Shown here piece by piece: positions 38,815-49,100 of a stretch of DNA of 64,000 nucleotides. The stretch's first letter is position 1; every line of letters begins with the position of its first letter. The notes below the pieces were generated by a model. The model had not been told where the DNA came from. It was given only the letters and a program-made list of their open reading frames with translations, and did not search any database. Both the position numbers and the translations under genes were made by a program. The DNA comes from Rhodospirillales bacterium (GTDB lineage: Bacteria; Pseudomonadota; Alphaproteobacteria; Rhodospirillales; Thalassospiraceae): NCBI GenBank assembly GCA_019634165.1, contig JAHQVT010000012.1, positions 117,528-181,527 on the forward strand, read 5' to 3'.

Positions 38815-38959
38815 ATCCGTTCATCGGAATTCTTTGGGCGGGGGTGACCTCGCCCCTTTGCATCCCCGTCCCCCTTCGGGCAGGATGGCGCGGGAAGAGA
38901 AATCTTATCAAGCGGTACGGGAAAGCCCCGTATCGCTTCACCTGTATGATGGACCTACA

Positions 38960-39883
38960 ATGGCGGATCAGATTTTTGAAACGCACCGGCCGCGTTTAAC
39001 TGCCTTGGCTTTTCGCATGTTGGGCAGTCACGCCGATGCCGAAGATGCGGTGCAGGATGTTTGGCTTAGATGGCGCAATCAGGATCATGACGCAATCAGG
39101 GATGCCACCGGGTGGTTGGTTCGGGTTTGTAGCAACATCTGTCTTGATGTTTTGAAATCAGCACGGCGGCAACGCGAACATTATGTTGGAAACTGGTTGC
39201 CGGAACCGTGGCTTCCGGCAGAAGACCCGCAAGCAGAAAAGAACCTGATTGAACAAGATGGTTTGGGGCAGGCTTATTTATTGATGCTTGAACGGTTGGC
39301 CCCGGTTGAACGCGTAGCACTGGTCCTGTATGAAGTGTTTGACTGGGTGCATGACGACATTGCCCCGGTGATTGAACGGACACCCAACAATACGCGGCAA
39401 ATCTTGTTTCGTGCCCGCCGGAAGATGCAGCGTGAAAATGATCGTGATGCAACACCGCAAACAAATGCACAGGCCTGCGAGGCATCAAAGATAGAGGCCT
39501 TTATCAAGGCGCTTAATCTGGGCGATGTCAGCCTGTTGATTGGTCAGTTGGCCCCTGATGTCATTATGCATTCGGATGGTGGGGGCAAAGGGTCTGCCGC
39601 ACTTAATCCGCTGTACGGTTCTGAAAATGTTGCACGGTTCTTTGTTGGCGTATGGGGTAAGCGCGAACCAGATGCGCGGACTTTCTATTTTTCCAACGGT
39701 CGGGAAAATTGGCTTTTGATGACGGCAGGCGGGGCGATTGTAACAGGCATTAGTGCATCAGAACGCGATGGGTTGCTTGTTGATGTGTTTGTTCATCGCA
39801 ACCCGGACAAGCTTGCCCATTTTGAACCGGTTCTTGGGCAGGCGGTTGAAGTTACGATGGATAACAAAAAGGCCGGGGAATGA
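38960..39883 (+). CDS. sigJ: ECF41 sigma factor with SnoaL-like C-terminal domain
   Basis: DAEDAVQD, YVGNWLPEP, DGGGK and NPDKL motifs diagnostic of ECF41; start re-called to ATG 38960. Confidence 0.92.
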   Translation: MADQIFETHRPRLTALAFRMLGSHADAEDAVQDVWLRWRNQDHDAIRDATGWLVRVCSNICLDVLKSARRQREHYVGNWLPEPWLPAEDPQAEKNLIEQDGLGQAYLLMLERLAPVERVALVLYEVFDWVHDDIAPVIERTPNNTRQILFRARRKMQRENDRDATPQTNAQACEASKIEAFIKALNLGDVSLLIGQLAPDVIMHSDGGGKGSAALNPLYGSENVARFFVGVWGKREPDARTFYFSNGRENWLLMTAGGAIVTGISASERDGLLVDVFVHRNPDKLAHFEPVLGQAVEVTMDNKKAGE

Positions 39884-39896
39884 TACCCGGCCTTTT
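39867..39896. terminator. Bidirectional terminator between sigJ and leuB
   Basis: AAAAGGCCGGG / CCCGGCCTTTT, overlapping the sigJ stop codon. Confidence 0.85.
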
Positions 39897-39921
39897 GAAA
39901 TTCAAAGATCAGTACGAACGA

Positions 39922-41025
39922 TTAAGCAAGCTTGTCGAGTTCGTTGATCAGGGCTTCGCCCATAACCGTTGTCGAAACTTTGGCCATGCCGTCCTGCATG
40001 ATGTCAGCGGTACGCAGGCCACCTTTCAGAACGTTCTGAACGGCGGTTTCGATCAGGGTCGCATCATCGCCCATATCGAACGAATAGCGCAGCATCATGG
40101 CAAATGACAGGATGGTTGCCAGTGGGTTGGCTATGTCCTGACCGGCAATGTCGGGGGCCGAACCATGTACCGGCTCATACAGTGCTTTGCGTTTGCCAGC
40201 GGCATCTGCAGCACCAAGGGAAGCCGATGGCAGCATGCCAAGCGATCCGGTCAACATTGCAGCACAATCAGAAAGAATGTCGCCAAACATGTTGGTGGTG
40301 ACCATCACGTCGAACTGTTTTGGGTTGCGCACCAACTGCATGGCAGCGTTATCGACATACATGTGGCTTACATCGACTTCCGGGAAGTCTTTGGCAACAC
40401 GTTCGACAACTTCGCGCCACAGAACGGTAGATTCCAGAACGTTTGCTTTGTCGACAGAACACAGACGTTTGTCGCGTTTCATCGCCATATCAAAAGCAAC
40501 ACGTGCGATGCGTTCGACTTCCGGTTCGGAATAAACCAGCGTGTTAAAGCCAGTGCGAACACCATCACGTTCTTCGATGCCGCGCGGCTGGCCGAAATAG
40601 ATGCCGCCGGTCAGTTCGCGCAGGATCATGATGTCCAGACCCTTGACGATGTCTTCTTTTAGCGTCGAGGCACCAACAAGCGCATCAAACACAAGGGCCG
40701 GGCGCAGGTTTGCGAACAAGGCCATTTCCTTGCGGATTTTCAGAAGACCGCGTTCCGGTTTGATATCAAACGGAAGGTCATCCCATTTCGGACCACCAAC
40801 AGCACCCAGCAGAACGGCATCCGCCGCCATTGCATCAGCAAGGGTTTCGTCGGTCAGCGGGTTGTTATGTGCATCAATCGAAGCACCGCCGATCAGGCCT
40901 TCGGTGATTTCGAAATTCACATCACGTTTTTTCGCCATCCAGTCCATGACGCGCTGAACCTGACGCATGACTTCCGGGCCAATTCCGTCGCCCGGCAGCA
41001 TCAGTACTTTTTTGGTGGTGGTCAT
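39922..41025 (-). CDS. leuB: 3-isopropylmalate dehydrogenase
   Basis: [39 protein letters not shown]. Confidence 0.97.
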   Translation of the reverse strand: MTTTKKVLMLPGDGIGPEVMRQVQRVMDWMAKKRDVNFEITEGLIGGASIDAHNNPLTDETLADAMAADAVLLGAVGGPKWDDLPFDIKPERGLLKIRKEMALFANLRPALVFDALVGASTLKEDIVKGLDIMILRELTGGIYFGQPRGIEERDGVRTGFNTLVYSEPEVERIARVAFDMAMKRDKRLCSVDKANVLESTVLWREVVERVAKDFPEVDVSHMYVDNAAMQLVRNPKQFDVMVTTNMFGDILSDCAAMLTGSLGMLPSASLGAADAAGKRKALYEPVHGSAPDIAGQDIANPLATILSFAMMLRYSFDMGDDATLIETAVQNVLKGGLRTADIMQDGMAKVSTTVMGEALINELDKLA

Positions 41026-41076
41026 AAAAGGTTCCTTCCCAGATATTTTCGGGGGTATCGATCCCGTAGAGACAGA

Positions 41077-41113
41077 AAAAGGGCGGCAAACACCGGGTTC
41101 ACCGCCCCTTTTT
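41077..41113 (-). terminator. Hairpin/terminator between leuD and leuB
   Basis: AAAAAGGGCGG...CCGCCCCTTTTT with A/T tracts on both sides. Confidence 0.65.
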
Positions 41114-41115
41114 AA

Positions 41116-41727
41116 TTAAAGCGACAGCCAAGGCTGCGAGGCAGCGCGCTTGGCTTCGAAATTATCAATGGCATCGCCCTTTTGCAGGGTCAGGCCAATG
41201 TCATCAAGACCATTGAGCATGCAATGCTTACGGAAGGCTTCGACTTCAAACTTGATGCAGCCGCCGTCCGGACCGGTGATTTCCTGTTTTTCAAGGTCGA
41301 TGGTCACGGTGGCATTTGCACCACGTTCGGCGTCAGCCATCAGCTTGTCGACATCTTCCTGTGGCAAACGGATCGGAAGGATGCCGTTCTTAAAGCAGTT
41401 ATTATAGAAAATGTCGGCAAAGCTTGGTGCGATGACGCAGCGAATGCCAAAATCAAGCAGCGACCAAGGTGCGTGTTCACGTGACGAACCACAGCCGAAA
41501 TTATCGCCAGATACAAGGATCTGCGCATTGCGATAGGCCGGTTTGTTGAGAACGAAATCAGGGATTTCGTTGCCATTGTCATCGAACCGCATTTCATCAA
41601 ACAGATTCTTGCCAAGGCCAGAACGTTTGATGGTTTTGAGGAACTGTTTGGGAATGATCATGTCGGTATCAACATTGATCATCGGCAGCGGTGCTGCAAC
41701 GCCGGTGAGCTTGGTGAATTTATCCAT
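41116..41727 (-). CDS. leuD: 3-isopropylmalate dehydratase small subunit
   Basis: [34 protein letters not shown]. Confidence 0.97.
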   Translation of the reverse strand: MDKFTKLTGVAAPLPMINVDTDMIIPKQFLKTIKRSGLGKNLFDEMRFDDNGNEIPDFVLNKPAYRNAQILVSGDNFGCGSSREHAPWSLLDFGIRCVIAPSFADIFYNNCFKNGILPIRLPQEDVDKLMADAERGANATVTIDLEKQEITGPDGGCIKFEVEAFRKHCMLNGLDDIGLTLQKGDAIDNFEAKRAASQPWLSL

Positions 41728-41731
41728 TGTC

Positions 41732-41920
41732 TTATCCCTTGCTTCCAGTTTCCCAGGCCAGACCCAGTGCTTCGATCAATTCTTCGGTCGCGTCGATTTC
41801 CTGTGCGACAAAGTCGGGCAGGTTAATCCCGGTTAGCTGCGGCAAAAGTTGCTCGAGCACCGGGGCGCGCCCCATACGGGGAGCACTTTCGCGGAAATTG
41901 ATCAATGCCTGTTCGGCCAT
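41732..41920 (-). CDS. Small hypothetical protein (62 aa) between leuC and leuD
   Basis: AAGGA RBS, ATG 11 nt after the leuC stop; its stop overlaps the leuD RBS; fills the whole gap. Confidence 0.65.
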   Translation of the reverse strand: MAEQALINFRESAPRMGRAPVLEQLLPQLTGINLPDFVAQEIDATEELIEALGLAWETGSKG

Positions 41921-41931
41921 GGGAACTATCC

Positions 41932-43338
41932 TTAACCGAGTTTACGAATGTCGGTCAGATGACCGGTGATAGCCGCAGCCGCAGCCATGGCTGGGCTGAC
42001 CAGATGGGTACGACCACCACGGCCCTGACGGCCTTCGAAGTTACGGTTCGAGGTCGAAGCGCAACGCTCACCCGGGGACAAACGGTCCGGGTTCATTGCC
42101 AGACACATCGAGCAGCCCGGCTCACGCCAGTCAAAGCCTGCTTCGATGAAGATTTTATGCAGACCTTCGGCTTCGGCCTGTTCTTTGACAAGACCAGAAC
42201 CCGGAACGATCATTGCATTAACGGTTTCAGAAACTTTGCGGCCCTTGGCGACTTCGGCAACAGCACGCAAATCTTCAATACGACCATTGGTACAAGACCC
42301 GATAAAGACACGGTCAATCTTGATGTCTTCGATATTGGTTCCTGCAGTCAGGCCCATATATTCAAGCGAACGTGCAATGGCTTTTTGCTTGCCGGGATCG
42401 GAAGAATCGGTTGGTGCCGGAACTTTGCCGGTGACTGGAACGACGTCTTCCGGGCTGGTGCCCCAGGTAACCTGCGGAACGATTTCCGATGCATCAAGTT
42501 CGACGATCTTGTCGTAATGCGCACCTTCGTCAGATGGCAGGGTTTTCCAGTATTCAACGGCTTGTTCATATGCGGCACCTTTTGGTGCCATCGGACGGCC
42601 TTTGATATATTCAAAGGTTTTTTCATCCGGTGCGATCAGGCCAGCGCGTGCGCCACCTTCGATCGACATATTGCAAACCGTCATGCGGCCTTCGACCGAC
42701 AGTGAACGAATGGCTGAACCAGCATATTCGATCACATAACCGGTACCACCGGCGGTGCCGATGCGACCGATAATGGCAAGGGTGATGTCCTTGGCAGTAA
42801 CGCCCGGATGGAGTTCGCCTTCAACTTTGACCAGCATGTTTTTGGCCGGTTTTTGAACCAGTGTCTGGGTTGCCAGAACATGTTCAACTTCAGACGTGCC
42901 AATGCCAAATGCCAGCGCACCGAATGCGCCGTGGGTGGAGGTATGCGAGTCACCACAAACCATCGTCACACCAGGAAGGGTGAAACCTTCTTCCGGGCCG
43001 ACAATATGAACGATGCCCTGACGCAGATCATTCATCGGGAAGTAATGAATGCCGGTGTCGCGCGCGTTCTGGTCAAGGGTTTCGACCTGAATGCGGCTGT
43101 CTTCTTCCTTGATGCCTTGGGATCGATCAGACGTCGGAACGTTGTGATCGGGAACCGCCAAGGTCAGTTCAGGGTGGCGCACTTTGCGGCCGGAATTGCG
43201 AAGACCTTCAAAGGCCTGCGGGCTGGTCACTTCGTGGACGAGATGACGGTCAATATAAATCAGGCAGGTACCATCATCCTGCGTGTCGACGACATGACTT
43301 TCCCAAATCTTGTCAAAAAGGGTTTTAGGTTGACCCAT
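41932..43338 (-). CDS. leuC: 3-isopropylmalate dehydratase large subunit
   Basis: [38 protein letters not shown]; start re-called to ATG 43338 (GAGGAGG RBS). Confidence 0.97.
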   Translation of the reverse strand: MGQPKTLFDKIWESHVVDTQDDGTCLIYIDRHLVHEVTSPQAFEGLRNSGRKVRHPELTLAVPDHNVPTSDRSQGIKEEDSRIQVETLDQNARDTGIHYFPMNDLRQGIVHIVGPEEGFTLPGVTMVCGDSHTSTHGAFGALAFGIGTSEVEHVLATQTLVQKPAKNMLVKVEGELHPGVTAKDITLAIIGRIGTAGGTGYVIEYAGSAIRSLSVEGRMTVCNMSIEGGARAGLIAPDEKTFEYIKGRPMAPKGAAYEQAVEYWKTLPSDEGAHYDKIVELDASEIVPQVTWGTSPEDVVPVTGKVPAPTDSSDPGKQKAIARSLEYMGLTAGTNIEDIKIDRVFIGSCTNGRIEDLRAVAEVAKGRKVSETVNAMIVPGSGLVKEQAEAEGLHKIFIEAGFDWREPGCSMCLAMNPDRLSPGERCASTSNRNFEGRQGRGGRTHLVSPAMAAAAAITGHLTDIRKLG

Positions 43339-43973
43339 CTCGACCTCCTCATAAAACATCGATCTTTTGTGCAGCAACAATCATCCGAATAATGTGAATT
43401 TGGATATCGCGAAGAAGAACCGAAAGGCAGCCATACCCATGGGGGGGGCCAAGATTTGGCGTTTTCTTCGACGCAACCGGCTTTATCCGGTTTGCGAAAT
43501 TTTATTATCCAAAATCACGCGGGTTTGATCGTTTTTGCCGCGGGAGTGCCTTTATACACCTCGGCCCTTAAATCGCAAGGCGCAGAGCGCGTGTTTTGCA
43601 ATGGTTTGCACTCGTAAATAGAGCTGGGCGAAAATCGGCATCCCATAGTAGCCAAAACCGCGGAATTCGATATAGGTAAGGGATAGCTGATATAATGAAA
43701 GCTGATGGAAAATTGTAAAGGTTTCTGCGGGGCTGGGGAAATGGCGCGGAAATACTGCGATTCGCTATAATGCACGTATAGCGTGTTTTTCTATTAGTGT
43801 CATCTCTTGGCGGCGCTGTGTTTTGGGGCCGGGCAAGTTGGACGAGGTGGGCTTGTTGCAGAGGTGCACTTGGTCGCGGGGCGTTAGGTAGGGCGGGGCA
43901 AGGCAACTTGAGCGCTGCTGCGATAGAGGGACCGTGGATATGGCGAGTTTCGATAAACTCATACGGTCAAATG

Positions 43974-44002
43974 AAAACGGGCCCACCCGAAGGTGAGCCC
44001 GC
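43974..44002 (-). terminator. Terminator after rplS
   Basis: GCGGGCTCACC-TTCG-GGTGGGCCCGT-TTT with a cUUCGg tetraloop. Confidence 0.9.
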
Positions 44003-44033
44003 TTATTATTCCGACATGCCGGAACGCCAAGAA

Positions 44034-44444
44034 TTACTTCTTGCTTTTGGTGCGTTCTGCAGCGGTCAGTTTGCCTTTGTGGCCGGTGGTCTGCTCGGCG
44101 ATACGTGCAGATTTACCGGTACGTCCACGAAGGTAGTAAAGTTTCGCGCGACGTACGTCACCGCGGCGAACGACTTCGATTTTGTCGATTGCCGGGGAAT
44201 AGGTCTGGAAGATACGCTCAACGCCTTCGCCCGATGCGATTTTACGCACGGTGAAAGCAGAGTTGAGGCCGCGGTTCTTAATGGCGATGCAAACGCCTTC
44301 GAACTGCTGGATACGCTCACGCGTTCCTTCAACGACTTTCAGGTGTACACGAACGGTATCACCTGCGTCGAATTCAGGAACTTCACGCTGCGCAACGATT
44401 TTGTCGAGCTGCTCATTCTCGAGCTGCTGGATGATGTTGGTCAT
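44034..44444 (-). CDS. rplS: 50S ribosomal protein L19
   Basis: [35 protein letters not shown]. Confidence 0.98.
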   Translation of the reverse strand: MTNIIQQLENEQLDKIVAQREVPEFDAGDTVRVHLKVVEGTRERIQQFEGVCIAIKNRGLNSAFTVRKIASGEGVERIFQTYSPAIDKIEVVRRGDVRRAKLYYLRGRTGKSARIAEQTTGHKGKLTAAERTKSKK

Positions 44445-44447
44445 GGT

Positions 44448-45164
44448 TTAACCCTCTTTGATGTTCCCGTTTGCAACATACCGGTCCCAAAGGTCCGGGC
44501 GTCGCTCACGGGTAATTTCTTCTGCCTGTGCATGCCGCCAGGCTTGTACCTTGGCATGATGACCGGAAAGCAAGATCTCCGGCACGTCACGCCCGTTCCA
44601 ATTGGCCGGGCGCGTGTAATGCGGATATTCAAGCAACCCGGTTTCAAAGCTTTCCTCATCTACGGAGGCGGTCGTGTTGACCGTTCCTTCGATAAGGCGA
44701 ATGCACGATTCAATCAGGACCATGGCCGGCAGTTCGCCGCCCATGAGGATGTAATCACCGATGCTGATCTCTTCGGCCTGATGTTCATCCAAAACCCGTT
44801 GGTCGATACCTTCGTAACGACCGCAAAGCAGGATGGCACCAGGGCCTGCTGCCAATTCGCGGCAACGTTTCTGGTTCAGCACTTTTCCCCGCGGGCTGAG
44901 ATAAATCAGCGGTAATTGCGGTGCAGATGCACGCAGTTCACACAGGGCGGCGTCGACAATATCCGGGCGCATGACCATACCGGCCCCGCCCCCAAATGGG
45001 TTGTCGTCTACAGTGCGGTGGCGGTCGGTTGCATGATCGCGGATGTTTTTGACATCAAGCGACCAGATCCCGTTCTCAAGCGCACGACCAGCCAAAGACT
45101 GACCAAGTACGCCCGGAAACATTTCCGGGAACAGGGTTGCAACTTTTGCCTGCCACACAGACAT
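44448..45164 (-). CDS. trmD: tRNA (guanine37-N1)-methyltransferase
   Basis: [38 protein letters not shown]. Confidence 0.98.
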   Translation of the reverse strand: MSVWQAKVATLFPEMFPGVLGQSLAGRALENGIWSLDVKNIRDHATDRHRTVDDNPFGGGAGMVMRPDIVDAALCELRASAPQLPLIYLSPRGKVLNQKRCRELAAGPGAILLCGRYEGIDQRVLDEHQAEEISIGDYILMGGELPAMVLIESCIRLIEGTVNTTASVDEESFETGLLEYPHYTRPANWNGRDVPEILLSGHHAKVQAWRHAQAEEITRERRPDLWDRYVANGNIKEG

Positions 45165-45167
45165 CGA

Positions 45168-45845
45168 TCAGGCCTCCTTCCCGCTGCCGGTCGCGGTTTC
45201 CGCGCCTACTGCATCTGCAGTAACGGCATCAGAAGAATCGCGGTCGGCCTGAGAGTCTTTGCGGGATTTGTTGGGACGACGGGTACGATTGCCCGGTCCT
45301 TCCTCATCCTGCAGTAGCCCCTCGGGCGGATTTACCACCAGCTTGCGTTCCGAAAGAACCACTTCGGGAACTGCTTCTTTGGTAAACGGAAGGACGACAA
45401 CCTTGCCCCGGACTTCTTCAAGCGCGACTTCGATTACGTCGCCAGCGCCAAAATCAGCCACACCCCGTACGGTACCAAACAGCGAACCATCAATGTGGTA
45501 GGCGGTCAGACCAACAAGGTCAGCAAGATAAAATTCGTCTTCGTCTACCGTTTCAGGCAGTGCCGCACGCGGTACATGAAGCTTGGTTCCCCGCAGCCGT
45601 TCGGCAGCATCCCGATCGTCTACGCCTTCGATCTTTGCGATCAACTGGTCGCGGACATGTCCGACAGGAGACAGCTTGTATTTCAAAGTGCCTTTAGCGT
45701 CGAACAACGGGCCATAACCGACAAGGTTATCCGGGTCGACGGTATAGCTTTTGACGCGCACGGCACCACGCACCCCGTGAGGAGCGGTGATCATGCCGAC
45801 GCAGACATAAGCTTCGTCGTTTTTGGATTTGCGGGTATCAGCCAT
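45168..45845 (-). CDS. rimM: Ribosome maturation factor RimM
   Basis: APHGVRG, DRDAAERLRG, EFYLADLVG, FGAGDV. Confidence 0.96.
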   Translation of the reverse strand: MADTRKSKNDEAYVCVGMITAPHGVRGAVRVKSYTVDPDNLVGYGPLFDAKGTLKYKLSPVGHVRDQLIAKIEGVDDRDAAERLRGTKLHVPRAALPETVDEDEFYLADLVGLTAYHIDGSLFGTVRGVADFGAGDVIEVALEEVRGKVVVLPFTKEAVPEVVLSERKLVVNPPEGLLQDEEGPGNRTRRPNKSRKDSQADRDSSDAVTADAVGAETATGSGKEA

Positions 45846-45892
45846 TTCGGTTCACAAGTTTCCGGTATCTGATCAAAGCGTGCGTTCAGCGA

Positions 45893-46303
45893 TTACTCGC
45901 CTGCAGCTTCTTCAGCAGGTGCTGCTGCTTCGGCAGCGGCTTCCGCAGCAGCGGCAGCAGCAGCTTCAGCTTTTTCAGCTTTCTCACGAAGACGTTCCTG
46001 AGCTTTCGCTTTCGGAGCAGACTTCTGCGGCTGTTCGGTCGGTTTGAACGCATCAGCAAGGCCAGCTTTGCCCAGGAAACGTGCAACACGATCGGTCGGC
46101 TGTGCGCCAACAGACAGCCAATATTTAATGCGCTCTTCTTTGAAGGTTACGCGGTTGTCAGCATCTTTCGGGAGCATCGGGTCATAAGTACCGACGCGCT
46201 CGATGAAGCTGCCGTCACGCGGAGCACGAACGTCAGCAACTACGATACGGTAGTACGGACGCTTTTTGGCACCGCCACGGGAAAGACGAATCTTAACAGC
46301 CAT
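45893..46303 (-). CDS. rpsP: 30S ribosomal protein S16
   Basis: [28 protein letters not shown]. Confidence 0.98.
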   Translation of the reverse strand: MAVKIRLSRGGAKKRPYYRIVVADVRAPRDGSFIERVGTYDPMLPKDADNRVTFKEERIKYWLSVGAQPTDRVARFLGKAGLADAFKPTEQPQKSAPKAKAQERLREKAEKAEAAAAAAAEAAAEAAAPAEEAAGE

Positions 46304-46454
46304 TCGGATAAGTTCCTTTCAGCTTGGGTTTGTTGTCTTCTAAATCATGGCCCCGAGGGGCCTATTCAATCAGTCTTTGTAGATCGGCTTTGTGGGCCGT
46401 TTTGGTTCCTAAGAGAAATTCTTCAAGAACCTTCTTTCAGAACCGGGGGTTTGG

Positions 46455-47942
46455 CTATTTCTTCTTGCCGAACCCCGGAAATCCAGGAGGCATGCCACCG
46501 CCGCCCCCTAATCCCGGAAGGCCGGGTGGTAAACCACCACCGCCACCGGTTAATCCTTTTGGCAGATTGCCAAGGTCTGGCATTTCGCCGCCCTCAAGCA
46601 TTGCCGGGTCCATTTTTGGCATGCCGCCAAACAGACCCTTTTTACCCATCTTGCCCATCTTTTTAATCATGGTGGACATGGTTTGGTATTGCTTCAGAAG
46701 CTTGTTCACTTCCTGAACTGACAGACCGCAACCCGCAGCAATACGCTTTTTGCGCGATGCCTTGATCAGGGCCGGGTTTTCGCGTTCTTTTGGCGTCATC
46801 GAAAGGATGATCGCTTCTTGATGCGTCAGAAGTTTCGGATCAAGCTTGGTCTGCGACATCTGTTTTTTCAGCGCGCCCATGCCCGGCAGCATGCCCATGA
46901 TGCCGGAAAGATCACCCATCTTCTGAAGCTGTTTAAGCTGAGCAAGAAGATCGTTGAGGTCAAACTGACCTTTACGAAGCTTCTTGGCCATTTTCTCGGC
47001 GTCTTCTGCCTTGATGTTCTCAGCAGCTTTTTCAACAAGGCTGACAACGTCACCCATGCCAAGAATACGGTTGGCAATACGATCAGGATGGAAGGCTTCC
47101 ATCTCGTCGATTTTTTCGCCAACACCAAGCATCTTGATCGGGCAACCGGTGATCTGACGCATTGAAAGGGCCGCACCACCACGTGCATCACCGTCAACAC
47201 GGGTCAGAACGATACCGGTGATACCAACCTTTTCAGCAAATTCCTTGGCGACATTGACCGAGTCTTGACCGGTCATCGCATCGGTAACCAAAAGGGTCTC
47301 GACCGGGGTGACTGCATCACGGATCTGGGCGACTTCGCTCATCAGTTCCATGTCGATATGCAGACGACCAGCAGTATCAAGGATAACTGCGTCGTAGCCT
47401 TCTTTGCGGCCCATATCCATGGCGCGCTTGGCAATCGAAACCGGCTTTTCGCCCATAGCGATCGGAAGAACACCCAAACCATTATCGTCGGCCAAAACCT
47501 TAAGCTGCTGCTGTGCAGCCGGACGATAAATATCAAGCGATGCCAGAAGGACTTTCTTATTGCGCTTTTTGGTCAGATGCAGCGCGATTTTGGCCGAACT
47601 GGTGGTTTTACCAGAACCCTGCAGACCAACCATCAGGATCGGAACCGGCGGGGTGGCAGCAAGATTGATGTCTTCGCCTTCGCCCAGCATGTTTTTAAGT
47701 TCGTCATGGACGATCTTAACAACCATCTGCCCCGGGGTTACCGAGCGCAAAACATCTGCGCCAACCGCACGTTCGGTTGCATTGGTGATGAAGGTTTTAA
47801 CGACCGGCAGCGCCACGTCAGCCTCAAGCAAGGCGACGCGTACTTCGCGCATGGCTTCCTTGACGTCGGATTCTTTCAGCGCGCCACGTTTGCGCAGCTT
47901 ATCAAGAACCCCGCCAAGGCGATCGCTTAGTCCTTCAAACAT
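46455..47942 (-). CDS. ffh: Signal recognition particle protein
   Basis: MFEGLSDRL, GLQGSGKTT, DTAGR, TRVDGDARGG, M domain; start re-called to ATG 47942. Confidence 0.98.
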   Translation of the reverse strand: MFEGLSDRLGGVLDKLRKRGALKESDVKEAMREVRVALLEADVALPVVKTFITNATERAVGADVLRSVTPGQMVVKIVHDELKNMLGEGEDINLAATPPVPILMVGLQGSGKTTSSAKIALHLTKKRNKKVLLASLDIYRPAAQQQLKVLADDNGLGVLPIAMGEKPVSIAKRAMDMGRKEGYDAVILDTAGRLHIDMELMSEVAQIRDAVTPVETLLVTDAMTGQDSVNVAKEFAEKVGITGIVLTRVDGDARGGAALSMRQITGCPIKMLGVGEKIDEMEAFHPDRIANRILGMGDVVSLVEKAAENIKAEDAEKMAKKLRKGQFDLNDLLAQLKQLQKMGDLSGIMGMLPGMGALKKQMSQTKLDPKLLTHQEAIILSMTPKERENPALIKASRKKRIAAGCGLSVQEVNKLLKQYQTMSTMIKKMGKMGKKGLFGGMPKMDPAMLEGGEMPDLGNLPKGLTGGGGGLPPGLPGLGGGGGMPPGFPGFGKKK

Positions 47943-47986
47943 TCCAAATCCCGTCTGTGTTGCCGGTGTTTCCACCGTATGCGCAC

Positions 47987-48053
47987 AAAAAACTAAAACC
48001 CAGTGCTCGAAAACTCGAGGACTGGGGGAGGCGCCACTTGGGCGACCTGTGGT
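47987..48053 (-). ncRNA. Structured ffh 5' leader with terminator-like hairpin
   Basis: CGCC-CAAGT-GGCG hairpin, then CCCAGT..CTCGA-GTTT-TCGAG..ACTGGG followed by TTTTAGTTTTTT; position matches the described alphaproteobacterial ffh leader motif. Confidence 0.6.
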
Positions 48054-48059
48054 GGGGAG

Positions 48060-48088
48060 GGTTTATTGGATCGGGGGTAGGGAGTCAA
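48060..48088 (-). promoter_or_regulatory. Sigma70-type promoter of ffh
   Basis: TTGACT-N17-TAAACC. Confidence 0.65.
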
Positions 48089-48174
48089 GTGCTATTGGGC
48101 GCAAAAGCCCAATGTTCTGCGCTTTTCGAGTCATTTCATGCCCAATCAGCGATTCTGCCAGCAGGGTTGGGTAT

Positions 48175-49044
48175 TTAACCCGCAATGTTGGCCGGTGTAA
48201 TCGCATGATTATCAATCAGGCGGGCCTTGCCAAGATGTGCTGCAACGAAGATCCGTGCTGGTTTGGTAACGGTTTGCCCCACCAGTTCAAGGGTCAGTGC
48301 ATCGCGGACTTCAAGATAATCAATCGGATCAAACCCGGCGGCCAGAATGTCTTGGCGGCCTTTTGCCAAAAGCGGGCCAAGTTCGGCTCCGGTGGCGGCC
48401 TTGGCGGTGATTTCGGCCAAGACGCGGTTTAAGCTTGGGGCAATGGTGCGTTCTGTCACCGAAAGATAGCGGTTGCGCGATGACATGGCGAGGCCGTCTT
48501 TTTCGCGTAGAATTTTTGCACCAATAATATCAACAGGGATGTTCAGATCATCGCAAAAGCGGCGAATGACCATAAGCTGTTGATAATCTTTCTGGCCGAA
48601 AATTGCACAATCGGGCAGCGATTGAAGCAGAAGCTTGGTGACGATCTGGGCAACACCATCGAAATGACCGGGGCGGGCGGCACCACACAAAACATTGGTC
48701 ATGGCACCATCGACGCTGACCTTGGTGGCAAAGCCTTCGGGGTACATTTCATCGACCGATGGGGCAAAGCACAGCGCGACCCCAGCAGCATCAAGAAGTT
48801 TCTGATCGTCAGGCAAGGTGCGTGGATAGGCGCTGAAATCTTCGGTCGGGCCGAACTGAGTCGGATTAACAAAGATCGAAACGATCACACGGTCTGCATG
48901 TTCGCGGGCAAGCTTGGTTAAGCTGATATGGCCATCATGAAGTGCGCCCATGGTTGGAACCAGGGCAACACGAAGGCCTTCAGCGCGCCATGCGGCAACA
49001 GTCGCGCGCAAATCAGCGACAGTGTGAACAGTCGTAAGGGACAT
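48175..49044 (-). CDS. panC: Pantoate--beta-alanine ligase
   Basis: VPTMGALHDGH, FVNPTQF, RPGHFDGV, FGQKDYQQ, LAMSSRN. Confidence 0.97.
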   Translation of the reverse strand: MSLTTVHTVADLRATVAAWRAEGLRVALVPTMGALHDGHISLTKLAREHADRVIVSIFVNPTQFGPTEDFSAYPRTLPDDQKLLDAAGVALCFAPSVDEMYPEGFATKVSVDGAMTNVLCGAARPGHFDGVAQIVTKLLLQSLPDCAIFGQKDYQQLMVIRRFCDDLNIPVDIIGAKILREKDGLAMSSRNRYLSVTERTIAPSLNRVLAEITAKAATGAELGPLLAKGRQDILAAGFDPIDYLEVRDALTLELVGQTVTKPARIFVAAHLGKARLIDNHAITPANIAG

Positions 49045-49100
49045 CTTTATCGTCGTATCGAAAATTTCATGAAATCGCGGCGGTCCATACCCTTGGCGGA

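Noticed and set aside
41905-42705. 266-aa plus-strand ORF, with similar ones at 42808-43392, 47560-48432, 56979-57863 and 22245-23099
   Set aside because: Antisense frames of well-supported genes (leuC, ffh/panC, ccoO, larC); expected from codon bias in GC-rich DNA
43415-43450. CCGAAAGGCAGCC resembling the SRP (4.5S) RNA core near ffh
   Set aside because: Lacks the CAGG...GGAAGCAG internal-loop elements and the long flanking stem
43797-44915. 372-aa plus-strand ORF
   Set aside because: Antisense shadow of rplS and trmD; no recognisable motifs or RBS
45893-45990. Ala/Glu low-complexity repeats (GCAGCA...) in rpsP
   Set aside because: Typical alphaproteobacterial S16 C-terminal extension, not a DNA repeat element
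46455-46570. Gly/Pro-rich repeat-like tail of Ffh
   Set aside because: Ordinary feature of alphaproteobacterial Ffh C-termini
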